From NCBI GenBank assembly GCA_043812195.1, contig JBDRML010000045.1, positions 972 through 64,971 of the forward strand: 64,000 nucleotides of DNA, written 5' to 3'. Made by a program: the position numbers and the translations under genes. Origin of the DNA: Candidatus Woesearchaeota archaeon. Its GTDB lineage: Archaea; Nanobdellota; Nanobdellia; SCGC-AAA011-G17; PNOQ01. Below the pieces are notes generated by a model. The model saw nothing but the letters and a program-made list of their open reading frames with translations, did not search any database and was not told the origin of the DNA. This document shows, piece by piece, positions 43,106 to 52,482 of this stretch. Position 1 is the first letter of the stretch. Each line of letters starts with the position of its first letter.

Positions 43106-43660
43106 ATGTCAAAAACAAAAATTCCCAATACAAAAAGAGTTCAGATATTAAATAGAGATGGAAATAAATGCTTATGGTGTGGTAGTAGTGTAGTTGACGG
43201 TGTAAGATTAGAAGTTGATCATATTATTTCAGAACATTTTGGGGGTTCTTCGGACTTAGATAATTTAGGAACTTTGTGTAATTTATGTAATAGTGGCAAA
43301 AGTAGTGAATATTACGGAAACTATCTTTTATCAACTGTTCTTAATGTTCAGAATATTTGGGATAGAATTAAAAAGTTTTCAAAAGAAGACCCAGGCATTT
43401 GCTTCAATTATACTTGGCGTTTAGATTTTTATAAATTTGATGGAATTGGATTCCAAGAAGATAAAATTTTACATCAGTTTTCTATTGATTCTAATATTGC
43501 TGAGTTTAAAGATAAAAGTGCTAATATGGAAATACAATTTAGAGAAGCAGTAAAAAAAGCTTCGTTAGATTTCAAAAACTTAGTTAAGAATTTTCTTTTT
43601 GAAAATAAGGGGTTCTTTGAACTTTCAGGGGAAAAACTAGTATTTAAAAAATGGGAATAA
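43106..43660 (+). CDS. HNH endonuclease
   Basis: CLWCGSS...EVDHIISEHFGGSSDLDNLGTLCNLCN is the canonical HNH motif. Confidence 0.7.
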   Translation: MSKTKIPNTKRVQILNRDGNKCLWCGSSVVDGVRLEVDHIISEHFGGSSDLDNLGTLCNLCNSGKSSEYYGNYLLSTVLNVQNIWDRIKKFSKEDPGICFNYTWRLDFYKFDGIGFQEDKILHQFSIDSNIAEFKDKSANMEIQFREAVKKASLDFKNLVKNFLFENKGFFELSGEKLVFKKWE

Positions 43661-43938
43661 AGAAACTAATTAAAAGTAAGGGGAAGAAGATTATTATCCA
43701 AGGTTTAATCTTTTGGTATTTAATTCCTTATATCATATATTTAAAGGACGCAACCGTTTTTATTTTTGATAAAAATATCAATAGATTTACTGAAGGTTTC
43801 GTGAAGGTTTTACTTTCAACTGTTATACACCCAGTTATATCTTTTTTTATGAACCCTCTTAAAATGCTTGGAGAAATACTCTTAGCCATATTATTTGTTT
43901 TCTTAATTTATTATTTAATTGAATGGCTAAGAGAATAG
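43651..43938 (+). CDS. Small membrane protein
   Basis: 95 aa with three hydrophobic helices. Confidence 0.4.
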   Translation: MGIKKLIKSKGKKIIIQGLIFWYLIPYIIYLKDATVFIFDKNINRFTEGFVKVLLSTVIHPVISFFMNPLKMLGEILLAILFVFLIYYLIEWLRE

Positions 43939-43975
43939 AAACAAATTGATAACTACATTTATTTTTAATAGCACC

Positions 43976-44131
43976 TTATTTCTTTCCAGTAAATAATTTT
44001 CTTAAAGCAAAATTAACTACTTGAGCCCTGCTTCTTAAATCTAATTCAGGATGCCCTTTAATATAAACATCAATAGATTTAGCCAACCCTTCGGGAATAC
44101 TAACATTCACATATCTAATTCTTTTGGGCAT
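43976..44131 (-). CDS. Ribbon-helix-helix (CopG/Arc-like) protein, 51 aa
   Basis: Hand-translated as MPKRIRYVNVSIPEGLAKSIDVYIKGHPELDLRSRAQVVNFALRKLFTGKK, a typical RHH beta-strand plus two helices. Confidence 0.55.
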   Translation of the reverse strand: MPKRIRYVNVSIPEGLAKSIDVYIKGHPELDLRSRAQVVNFALRKLFTGKK

Positions 44132-44218
44132 TTTATTCATTTAATATTAAACGACAGGTTTATATATGAGTTTTCACTTAATATTAAATGATTATTATAC
44201 GGGTGTTTTTAAATTAAA

Positions 44219-44875
44219 ATGGGTGCGAAACGTGTGGTGAAAGGTATTATCTTTATACTTGGATTCTTTGTATTCATATGGATATTTTGGATTTTATCAT
44301 TTTTTCTTTTTGGTTCATATGGGGGTATCCAGACTATTATATCTACACTCATTCTTTCATTAATCGTCTTAATTGCTTTAGTAAACATATGGAGAAAAGG
44401 TTTCAAGAAAATTAAACCCAAATCAATTTTAGTATATATTTTCGTTTCCCTATCAATTGTTTTATTAATTACCAGTATTAGTGCGTTTTCACAGATTAAA
44501 GAAAAGGATGAAGAACTTGATGATTATAGATTCTATTACAGTGCATTAACTTGTTTTGATGGCGATCAATTAATGTATCTTCCTAAGTATACTGAATATG
44601 GACGCAAATGGCTTGATTATAATTCACACAAAGAAGTTTCTTTTAAAATGACTGCCGATTATAGTATCAGTCGGCATACCTGTGAGGAAGAATTTGAGAG
44701 GCAAGGTTATATGGTTGAAGATCCCTATGATAATTTAGAATATCCATTTAAAATCGGTTCTCTTAAAAATTTTGCATGTGAAATTATTTGGGTTAACAAG
44801 CTTGGATTAGATGGAGGTTTAGAGTATGGATGTAAGTGTGAATACATCGCAGATGATAGTGATCCATCAACATAA
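44219..44875 (+). CDS. Polytopic membrane protein with C-terminal Cys-containing domain
   Basis: 218 aa; 3-4 TM helices followed by a soluble domain. Confidence 0.45.
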   Translation: MGAKRVVKGIIFILGFFVFIWIFWILSFFLFGSYGGIQTIISTLILSLIVLIALVNIWRKGFKKIKPKSILVYIFVSLSIVLLITSISAFSQIKEKDEELDDYRFYYSALTCFDGDQLMYLPKYTEYGRKWLDYNSHKEVSFKMTADYSISRHTCEEEFERQGYMVEDPYDNLEYPFKIGSLKNFACEIIWVNKLGLDGGLEYGCKCEYIADDSDPST

Positions 44876-45077
44876 AATGAAGATAAAGATTGTAATTATG
44901 ATGCTATTAATGTTTATTATTGGTTTTGGCATTATTATTAGTGGATGTACAATCTCTAATGAAGCAAAATGCGAAATTGAATATAAATCGTGTGTTCACG
45001 ATTGCGGGGAAGGTATTTTAAGTAGTATATGTAAAGAAAAATGTACCTATGACCGTAAACAATGTTTGGATAAATAA
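44826..45077 (+). CDS. Small Cys-rich secreted/membrane protein
   Basis: TM/signal segment followed by 6 Cys in 45 residues. Confidence 0.4.
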   Translation: MDVSVNTSQMIVIHQHKMKIKIVIMMLLMFIIGFGIIISGCTISNEAKCEIEYKSCVHDCGEGILSSICKEKCTYDRKQCLDK

Positions 45078-45099
45078 CTAATATTAAGAGGTACGAAAT

Positions 45100-45432
45100 T
45101 TGAAAGGAGGTGAAAATGGCAAGATGAAGAAATTAATTCTAATTGGATTATTTTTAGTGATGATTGCTTTTGTAGTATTCTCTCAAACTGATGATATGCA
45201 ACAATCCCCAGAGTTATCTAACATAAGACTCTCAAAAGGTGTGGATTGTGAAGTGATTTGTAATGGCGGATGTGCACCAGCTCCAGATGGTTGGAATTTG
45301 ACTGAGAATATAGGAACATCTGGTGGGTGGTCTTCAAATGGGGCTGGCGGTAGATGTGCTTGGTCTGTAAATGAAAATGGATGGCAATATTATCCAGGCG
45401 TAGAAAGGATGTGTTGTTATTTCCAAAATTAA
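45100..45432 (+). CDS. Small Cys-rich secreted protein
   Basis: Signal peptide; CEVICNGGC...GGRCAW...MCCY. Confidence 0.45.
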   Translation: MKGGENGKMKKLILIGLFLVMIAFVVFSQTDDMQQSPELSNIRLSKGVDCEVICNGGCAPAPDGWNLTENIGTSGGWSSNGAGGRCAWSVNENGWQYYPGVERMCCYFQN

Positions 45433-46034
45433 TTTTTTCTTTTATTTTCATTTTCATACAACCGATTATAAAGCGTTTGGTGATTCAACCCTAATTCCTT
45501 AGCAACATCCCTTAAGCTTCTCCCTTTATCCAGTTCAGCCTTAGCATAATGCTCATTAAATTTAACTTTATTCCTTCCCCATTTCCCCCTTTCTTTTATA
45601 GCTCTGGCTACACCATCCTTAACTCTTTCAGCTATTATGCTTCTTTCAAACTGAGCAAAACCTGAAACAATAGTAAAAAAGAACTCTCCCATAGCTGAAG
45701 TTGTATCTATGTTTTCATTATAGGAAACAAAATCAATACCTAAAGCCTTAAACTCATCTAAAGTTGTAAGCAGATGTTTTGATGATCTTCCAAATCTATC
45801 ATAGCGATAAACTAAGCAAACATCAAACTTTCTTTTTCTTGCGTCATCCATTAATTTATTTAGTTCTGGTCTTGATTCCTTAGCTCCAGATATTCCCTTA
45901 TCAATATATTTCTTAAAGACTTTCCAGCCTCTCTTCTTGCAGTAATCGGCTAAAAGACTATCTTGGGTTTTGATATCCTGTTTATCCTTTGTGCTTACAC
46001 GCATGTAAACCCCAGCAGTTTTATTTTGTTTCAT
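45429..46034 (-). CDS. Serine recombinase (resolvase/invertase family)
   Basis: VYMRVSTKDKQD catalytic Ser region, resolvase core and C-terminal HTH. Confidence 0.85.
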   Translation of the reverse strand: MKQNKTAGVYMRVSTKDKQDIKTQDSLLADYCKKRGWKVFKKYIDKGISGAKESRPELNKLMDDARKRKFDVCLVYRYDRFGRSSKHLLTTLDEFKALGIDFVSYNENIDTTSAMGEFFFTIVSGFAQFERSIIAERVKDGVARAIKERGKWGRNKVKFNEHYAKAELDKGRSLRDVAKELGLNHQTLYNRLYENENKRKN

Positions 46035-46058
46035 TCTTCAGATACAACCTCCTTTTTG

Positions 46059-46502
46059 TTATCTACATCCTTTGGAAACTTCGTAGTTATACGAGGTTTG
46101 TAATAATTCTTTTTGCATCTCTTTAGGAGCTTTTGTAATTTCCATGCCTGTTGTTAATGGTATTTCCTTTCTCTCTATTGCTTTTTGTATTTCTTTAGGA
46201 GCTTTTTCTAACATTAAAACTTGTCTAATCCATCCCTCTGAACATCCAATTCTTCTTGCTACTTCTCTAAATCCACCTTTTTTACCACGACCGCCTTGAA
46301 ACTGCGTATCACTACGCATTAATTTCTTTATAGCTTCTCTTTGGTCGTGGATTGTCATTGATTGTCTTGCTACTTCTGAATAACCTTTTGAGGGTCTCCC
46401 TTCTCCCCCTCTACCTCTTATTGAATCAGTTTTCGTAGCACTACGAATACTCAATAACTTTTTTATAGCTTCTCTTTGGTCGTTTATTTTTACATCAGTC
46501 AT
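46059..46502 (-). CDS. ParB-like HTH protein with an internal tandem repeat
   Basis: VARRIGCSEGWIRQVLMLEKAPKEIQKAI is ParB/Spo0J HTH-like. The segment DQREAIKKL...GRG...EVAR occurs twice, mirrored by a ~25-bp DNA repeat at ~46322 and ~46462. Confidence 0.45.
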   Translation of the reverse strand: MTDVKINDQREAIKKLLSIRSATKTDSIRGRGGEGRPSKGYSEVARQSMTIHDQREAIKKLMRSDTQFQGGRGKKGGFREVARRIGCSEGWIRQVLMLEKAPKEIQKAIERKEIPLTTGMEITKAPKEMQKELLQTSYNYEVSKGCR

Positions 46503-46679
46503 ATTCTAATCTCTTATTTTCTTGTTTAATCCTACCAAATTCTTTCAAATTCTTGAACCCCGACCCCTGCTACCTGCCTCCAAACATTTTTATGTTAGTA
46601 TCATATTATATTTATAGCAAACCATAACGTTTGCCCAAACATCCCACAAATTATTTGTTTATTAATTAATTTATTTTTA

Positions 46680-47063
46680 TTAATCATTTCTCAAAACCTT
46701 ATAAGCCCTGTATTGCTTTTTTCTCCAGTTGCGCTTGCTTATTTCATAAGCTCTGCCATCTTGAAAATTAATTAAGATTACAGAACAATTCCATAATTCT
46801 TGATGCTTGTAATCACTGAATCTTCCCCCTATCCAGTAATATCCATCATCACCATCAAATTCTTTTCCTATTATTTCTTCCAAAAAACATACAAGATCAT
46901 AAATTGTTTTTATTTTTAGATATTCATTATAATATTTGCTATCCATATTAATAATTAAACTGTCCTGCACATCAATACATTCGGCTGGAAAATTCTTGTG
47001 CCCTTTTCTCTTTTTTCTAAATGGGCAGATTCTTATTCCTAGTTCTTTGCTCCATTCTTTCAT
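46680..47063 (-). CDS. Hypothetical protein (element-borne)
   Basis: 127-aa ORF. Confidence 0.35.
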   Translation of the reverse strand: MKEWSKELGIRICPFRKKRKGHKNFPAECIDVQDSLIINMDSKYYNEYLKIKTIYDLVCFLEEIIGKEFDGDDGYYWIGGRFSDYKHQELWNCSVILINFQDGRAYEISKRNWRKKQYRAYKVLRND

Positions 47064-47590
47064 GATCTCACCTTTTCTTTAATTAATATATTCCATGCAA
47101 AATTCTTTTCTGGTTTTTTAAGATTTAATCTATCAATTGGTTCTATTACAACTGGCAACCATCTGGGTTTGGAATATGTTGCACCTTGTTGATTTCTGTA
47201 ATGTTTGCCTTTATACTTAATTAATTTTATTTTATCATTTCCTTTTTCATGCTTTTTTAAATTACATTTCCTGAAAAAAATCCTTCTCTCATCCAGTAGT
47301 TCCCAAAACGATTGTTTAAATTCTTTTGAAACATTACCGCACAAATAAAGGTTTAAATTTGGAAATCCTATAAATTCATTGCCTTTATCATTTAAATGCT
47401 CTTTTAATTTGTGAAAAGTTGGTTTTTTATTATTTACAATAAATTTTATCATTGATTGTTTTATTTGTTCTATATTCTTTTTCATGTTTCTGTACCTCCT
47501 TCTTTTTCTTTTTTGTTTCCTATAAGCCCAATCAAAACTAAAACAAAGGCTAAAATTCCTAGAATGTAATATGCAATCAACAGCATCCAA
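47060..47590 (-). CDS. Hypothetical basic protein (element-borne)
   Basis: 176-aa ORF; the true start is probably the internal MKKNIEQ. Confidence 0.35.
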   Translation of the reverse strand: MDAVDCILHSRNFSLCFSFDWAYRKQKRKRRRYRNMKKNIEQIKQSMIKFIVNNKKPTFHKLKEHLNDKGNEFIGFPNLNLYLCGNVSKEFKQSFWELLDERRIFFRKCNLKKHEKGNDKIKLIKYKGKHYRNQQGATYSKPRWLPVVIEPIDRLNLKKPEKNFAWNILIKEKVRS

Positions 47591-47703
47591 TTTGATTTTA
47601 TGATTGTGTTAAACTCTTCAATTATATACGAAAATGCCAAGATTATGCTGGCTAACCAGAACAAAAACATTAATGCTATTCCAAACCAAAAAATCGGTTT
47701 CAC
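47482..47703 (-). CDS. Small membrane protein
   Basis: 73 aa with two TM helices. Confidence 0.35.
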   Translation of the reverse strand: MKPIFWFGIALMFLFWLASIILAFSYIIEEFNTIIKSNWMLLIAYYILGILAFVLVLIGLIGNKKEKEGGTET

Positions 47704-47939
47704 TCTTCAACCCTCAGAAAACCAAGCAAAGATTCAAATATAATTTCTTTGTGTTTATCCTTTTCAACATACATGTTCAATTCTGTTTTCCCAATTTCCA
47801 ATTCCTTTGAATTTTTGAGTGAATGCAATGTTATGAGAAAAAAAGCATTGCTGTCTTTAATCTGTTTTACAGCTTCTTCTTTTGCTTTTGCTATATTCTT
47901 TTCTGTTGATTTTATTTCCCAGAATGTTTTGTATTTCAC
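47700..47939 (-). CDS. Hypothetical protein
   Basis: 79-aa ORF. Confidence 0.3.
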   Translation of the reverse strand: MKYKTFWEIKSTEKNIAKAKEEAVKQIKDSNAFFLITLHSLKNSKELEIGKTELNMYVEKDKHKEIIFESLLGFLRVEE

Positions 47940-47984
47940 TTATTGTACCTCCTTGCTATCTTTTTTGTACAAAAATATCGGGAT

Positions 47985-48262
47985 ACTCAATTGTGCTTTT
48001 GGCACGTGGCTGGCTGACCATGAGATACCCCGATATCTCAGATCTGAGATTATGAACCAGCCACTACAAGGGAGAAGTAGAGGCTGGAAATGGGTTATGT
48101 AATTGATGGCAAGCATTAGATTATAAGCCCACTTCATCGGAGGTGAAGGCTGACAAAACCTATTTCTCAATGAAGCAGGCTTAGGATGTAGCCTGAAAAA
48201 AAGTGAAAGTGGCAAATCCTTCCACTTAACAGGACTACCCCACATGCGAGTATTAATATGAG
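47985..48262. ncRNA. Candidate structured non-coding RNA of unknown class (GC-rich, multiple hairpins) inside the element
   Basis: GC well above the flanks. Complementary pairs include GTGGCTGG/CCAGCCAC, palindromic TCTCAGATCTGAGA, CAGGCT/AGCCTG, AAGTGG/CCACTT and ATATCGGG/CCCGATAT. Overlapping ORFs translate to P/W/S-rich low-quality peptides. Confidence 0.4.
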
Positions 48263-48264
48263 TT

Positions 48265-48450
48265 TTAGGTGTCATCATCTATCTCCTTATTAAAAACGGC
48301 GTTAACACTATTCTTTAGCTCTTTTTTGGCGATTAATTGTTGTTTAACCCAATACTTGTAACGGCATGAATCTGAGCAAAAGCGTGCATTTCTCTGGCTC
48401 CAAGAATCTATTTTTTTCGAACAATTTAAGCAAAATCCAACATTTACCAT
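48265..48450 (-). CDS. Small zinc-ribbon protein
   Basis: CLNCSKK...CSDSCRYKYW. Confidence 0.4.
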   Translation of the reverse strand: MVNVGFCLNCSKKIDSWSQRNARFCSDSCRYKYWVKQQLIAKKELKNSVNAVFNKEIDDDT

Positions 48451-48477
48451 TTTGATTTTTTATACTTAAATAAGAAA

Positions 48478-48540
48478 ACACCCTGACAACCCTGACAATC
48501 CTGACATTTGCGTCAACCTTGTCAACCTTGTCAACCTATT
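48478..48540. repeat. Iteron array: 3 x CC(C/T)TGACAA, then 3 x TTGTCAACC in inverted orientation, at 9-bp spacing
   Basis: Sequence acaCCCTGACAACCCTGACAATCCTGACATttgcgTCAACCTTGTCAACCTTGTCAACCtatt lies immediately 3' of the primase-helicase gene. Confidence 0.7.
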
Positions 48541-48547
48541 TCCTAAT

Positions 48548-50119
48548 TTAAAGTCTTTGGACGTCACCCCCATTTTCGCTTTTTTGATGCTTTATTCCTT
48601 TCCAGCATTGTACTCTTTGCTTAATTCCTTCAATCTCTAATTGCGGTCTGTAATCTTCGACTCTAATACTTCTTTGCAAATCCCTATGAAATGTGCCCTC
48701 TGAAAGTGGTGGATAACTCTTTTCCCTACAATAATCAGTGTAATGTGTAAACAATTCTCTTTTTTGCTCAAACGATTCAGGTGAAATCTTTATACAATCC
48801 ATAATAAATGCCTTTACACTATCGGACATTCGAATATATTCTTCTCTAACTTCCTTCACTGATTTTGCAGTACTGAAATCTTTGTTATCCAAAAGTCTCT
48901 TCAAACCGATAATAGCCCAATTTAAAATTCCAGATAACTCAGATTCTGTTGTTAATTTTGATAATAAATCCTTGTTAGCACTAGATCCGATAAATTGATT
49001 TGGAAAATTGATTATGATCCATCTTCTAAAAAATGCATCCGAATCATCGGGAGTTTTAGGAACTGCATTACAACTAAAAATCAATTTTGCGTAATTATCA
49101 AAGAAAAACTCATCCTTAAATTTTCTTTCTGCTCGTATGCTGTCCTCTCCTGTCAATGCTTTAAATATTCCAGTTTCTTTCAGCTCCGCTGAGGATAAAT
49201 CAGCATAAATATTAGCTAATTTCCCAAACAAAGATGACACCGAAAACCGATTTATACACAGTTGTTGCAAAGGTATTGCACTAATATTCTGATTTCCTAA
49301 AAAATATCGTAATACATTCAACAAAGTAGATTTACCGTTTGCCCCAACACCAACAAACATTATAGCTTTATGAATATTATATTTTTTGAATAATACATAA
49401 CCAAAAATTTCCTGAATTATATTATGTGTATCCTCTGGCAAAATCTGTTTTAAAAATTCTTCAAACTTATTGCATTTAGATTCTGAATCAAAATCCACAG
49501 GTATTTTGTTGAAAAATATTATATCAAAGTTATGTGGCTCTACTTCCATTGTATTTAAATCCAAAATCCCATTATTCAAACATATCTTATAAATCGGTTC
49601 AACAATTTTAATTCTATTTTTGTATGATGATCTCCTAATATGTGCCAACGTTTCATTTACAACGTGAATCGACGATAATCCACCAAGCCCTTTTTGAATA
49701 AATTGTGCAATTTTAATTTCTCCATAAGGAACATAAACACCACTTTCATAAACAAAAATCTCATCTGTGTCCTGAACAGTAAACAAATAAAATTTATTCA
49801 TACAAAGGGCAGATAGCCTATACAAAGCCTCTGAATTTTTTGTGTCTTTAGCATTCAACATGGATTTTATTTTTTGGAATTCCTGCTGTACACTTTCTTG
49901 AACATCATCTGCTTCAAGAGAATCCAATATTTTATCAAAGTCTATAAAAAAACCATCAGTTTTTTCATTTAATATATTTACCTGATGCATTAAATCATCT
50001 TCACTTTTTGCAAATCTTATTTTGTTTCTAATTCTATTTCTTTCTGAAACTGCCCATTCCCTAGTATGGGGTAATATTTTATTTTCAACAATTTGTTTTA
50101 TCTGAATCAAATCTGCCAT
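48548..50119 (-). CDS. D5-like / P4-type primase C-terminal domain + SF3 helicase (replication initiator)
   Basis: Walker A VGVGANGKST, a Walker B region and overall primase_Cterm/D5_N-like architecture; 523 aa. Confidence 0.75.
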   Translation of the reverse strand: MADLIQIKQIVENKILPHTREWAVSERNRIRNKIRFAKSEDDLMHQVNILNEKTDGFFIDFDKILDSLEADDVQESVQQEFQKIKSMLNAKDTKNSEALYRLSALCMNKFYLFTVQDTDEIFVYESGVYVPYGEIKIAQFIQKGLGGLSSIHVVNETLAHIRRSSYKNRIKIVEPIYKICLNNGILDLNTMEVEPHNFDIIFFNKIPVDFDSESKCNKFEEFLKQILPEDTHNIIQEIFGYVLFKKYNIHKAIMFVGVGANGKSTLLNVLRYFLGNQNISAIPLQQLCINRFSVSSLFGKLANIYADLSSAELKETGIFKALTGEDSIRAERKFKDEFFFDNYAKLIFSCNAVPKTPDDSDAFFRRWIIINFPNQFIGSSANKDLLSKLTTESELSGILNWAIIGLKRLLDNKDFSTAKSVKEVREEYIRMSDSVKAFIMDCIKISPESFEQKRELFTHYTDYCREKSYPPLSEGTFHRDLQRSIRVEDYRPQLEIEGIKQRVQCWKGIKHQKSENGGDVQRL

Positions 50120-50426
50120 TTTTCACCTTATTTTTTAAGAATAAATCAATATCAATAAGCTGTGTTACGCCCCTCAATCTACACTTCTTTTTATCACACT
50201 TTGTAAGCCCGCCAAAAGAATTTAACAAGCTTCCACAACTTGAACATTTTCTTAATTTTAAAATAAAATTTGTAAGGTTATCTTTATCTAAAATAAAAAA
50301 TTGATTTGAAATCTGCAAAAGAGACCTTAAAACATCTGAAATTGATAGGTCTGTCTCTGTTTTTAGCTCATTTATAAAAATCCTATCTTCTCTTTCAACC
50401 CTAAAATTTATTAGTTGTTTTACCAT
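50085..50426 (-). CDS. Hypothetical Cys-containing protein
   Basis: 113 aa; CSSCGS...CDKKKC. Confidence 0.35.
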   Translation of the reverse strand: MVKQLINFRVEREDRIFINELKTETDLSISDVLRSLLQISNQFFILDKDNLTNFILKLRKCSSCGSLLNSFGGLTKCDKKKCRLRGVTQLIDIDLFLKNKVKNGRFDSDKTNC

Positions 50427-50696
50427 TTTTTAAATATTACAAACCTTTTAAACAACCAGAACTAAGCCAATTTGGATTATTAATAAAAAATTTAGTTCCC
50501 TGTTGTTAAAGGTGAAGTTTTGGCTTCACCTTTGATTTGCGATTTAATCTCCTCCCACCACACTGAAATTGGCAGATTTTCCTTCACATCTTTTTTTTGT
50601 TTCATTTCTATTACAGGTTATGAAATATATTACGGTTATAGTTCAAAAGATATATAAATGTTTCGATTCCTGTAATATATGGTTTAAGGAGGTATA

Positions 50697-51035
50697 ATGG
50701 AAAAAAAGAAGCTGAAAAATTATGGAATAGACAGCACACCAATAGATATAGATGAAAAAACATGGGCTATCTTTGACTTATGTTCCAAAGAAAAAAATAT
50801 ATATCAGATTTCTAAAGAAATTGGACTTGCTTATAAAAACACGATGGCAAGGCTAAAATCTTATGAAAAAAAGGGATGGTTGAAAAAACATCAAATTCAA
50901 ACTGAAAGAACGCAAACCATCTATAAGTTAACTCCAAAGGGGATATCATTTTATAAATTAGTAAAAGATATCTTTACAAAAACAACAGACGAAACAGGAA
51001 GAAAGATTGACATAAAAAAGATTAGAATAAATTAG
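50697..51035 (+). CDS. Winged-helix transcriptional regulator
   Basis: IYQISKEIGLAYKNTMARLKSYEKKGWL is wHTH-like. Confidence 0.5.
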   Translation: MEKKKLKNYGIDSTPIDIDEKTWAIFDLCSKEKNIYQISKEIGLAYKNTMARLKSYEKKGWLKKHQIQTERTQTIYKLTPKGISFYKLVKDIFTKTTDETGRKIDIKKIRIN

Positions 51036-51282
51036 TTCGTAATATATAGCGGTAAACAACATATTTAGTGCCATACTAAAATAGATTTATAAAGAATAGA
51101 ATCTTTCAATTTTTATGAAAAAAAAATATTTGAAAATTATGAATATCCTAATTCCTAAAAATAAAAAAAGAAAAATATCAGAGCCAGATTATAAAAGTGA
51201 AAATTTTTCAGTATGGATTAAATAATCTTTAATTATTAACATCATCCATCCTTCTAAACATCCCATTCTTCTTACTATAACT

Positions 51283-52482
51283 TCAACTAATTTTATTCAT
51301 AATCTCTTTTAACCTTTCAGATTTTACTTCTTTCATTAACAATTCAACAAAAGACTTAATCTGGCTTTCTGATTCCTTAAATTCCATAGCTCCTTTGTAA
51401 TCTAAGGGTCTTCCACACTTACTACAAAACTTATTAGTTGCAGAATTTTCATAACCACAAACAGCACAGGTTTTAGGTTTGGTTTTATCTCCATTCTGTT
51501 TTTCATTGATTAATTTACCTGCTTTCTCCAATTGCTTTCTATCAACATCAGCTCCAGATAAATGAATATAAACTTTAGGCATTTGGCTATCTGCACTCCA
51601 ACCAGCTATGATCCTTAATTCTGCTTCAGTAAAACCATCCCCTGCTAAATGTGTTAATCTACTATGTCTTAACAAATGTGGATATATTTTCTTGTTAAGT
51701 TTAGAATTTTTGGCATATTTATTTAGAATAGTATGCAGACCATTAAAACCAAGTCCCATATCCAAATGAGAACCTATATTAGTCCATAAAGGAGCTTCTG
51801 GATCATTCTTGCTTGGATGTTGGTTTAACCAACTAGTTAAATCTGGCACAGAATCTAACAACCTAATTCTCCTACTGCCTGTCTTTCCAGAAACAACAAC
51901 CACAGCTCCATATTCATCTAAAGCAACATTCTTTAATCTTACATTTAGCCATTCACCACTCCTACAACCACTCTCATATAAAGTAAATACCAATGCCTTA
52001 TCTCTAAAGTTATCTGCACAGCCAACTAGCTTTAATATATCCTCTTTAGTAAAAATATCATCTGGCACTTTAAACTTCTTATTTCTTTTTATCTTAATAT
52101 CTTCAACAACTTCTGACTTACCTATTCTCTTAAAAAAAGTTTTAATTGATAGTTTTATTTGTTCTATTGTTTGTTTGGAATACATACCTTTTCTCTTAAA
52201 TCTCTTACTTTGAACATTATATCCATTCTCCAATAAGTCTATTATAAAATCATCTACAGCCTTTTTTGTTAATTGATCTACTTCCTTCCCTGTGTTTCTA
52301 AATAACATAGATAAATTCTTTATGTTAATGCTTCTTGAATGAGCAGATAACCCATTTTTTAATAAAGTCCTATTGTATTCTAACATAGTTTTTCTTTGCT
52401 TTTCTGTTAGTCTATCATCTTCTATTTGTTTTTTGATTCTGTTCTCTTTATTTCTAATGTCTTTATCTCTGGCAATTTCCAT
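51283..52482 (-). CDS. Tyrosine recombinase / integrase with C-terminal zinc ribbon
   Basis: Catalytic region HLLRHSRLTHLA...KVYIHL (R..H..Y) and C-terminal CAVCGYEN...CSKCGRPL. Confidence 0.85.
   Translation of the reverse strand: MEIARDKDIRNKENRIKKQIEDDRLTEKQRKTMLEYNRTLLKNGLSAHSRSINIKNLSMLFRNTGKEVDQLTKKAVDDFIIDLLENGYNVQSKRFKRKGMYSKQTIEQIKLSIKTFFKRIGKSEVVEDIKIKRNKKFKVPDDIFTKEDILKLVGCADNFRDKALVFTLYESGCRSGEWLNVRLKNVALDEYGAVVVVSGKTGSRRIRLLDSVPDLTSWLNQHPSKNDPEAPLWTNIGSHLDMGLGFNGLHTILNKYAKNSKLNKKIYPHLLRHSRLTHLAGDGFTEAELRIIAGWSADSQMPKVYIHLSGADVDRKQLEKAGKLINEKQNGDKTKPKTCAVCGYENSATNKFCSKCGRPLDYKGAMEFKESESQIKSFVELLMKEVKSERLKEIMNKIS

Noticed and set aside
47749-48278. ORFs 47749-48102 (+) and 47940-48278 (-)
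   Set aside because: They overlap the GC-rich structured region. The peptides are W/P/S-rich with no protein-like composition, so this is more likely non-coding RNA.
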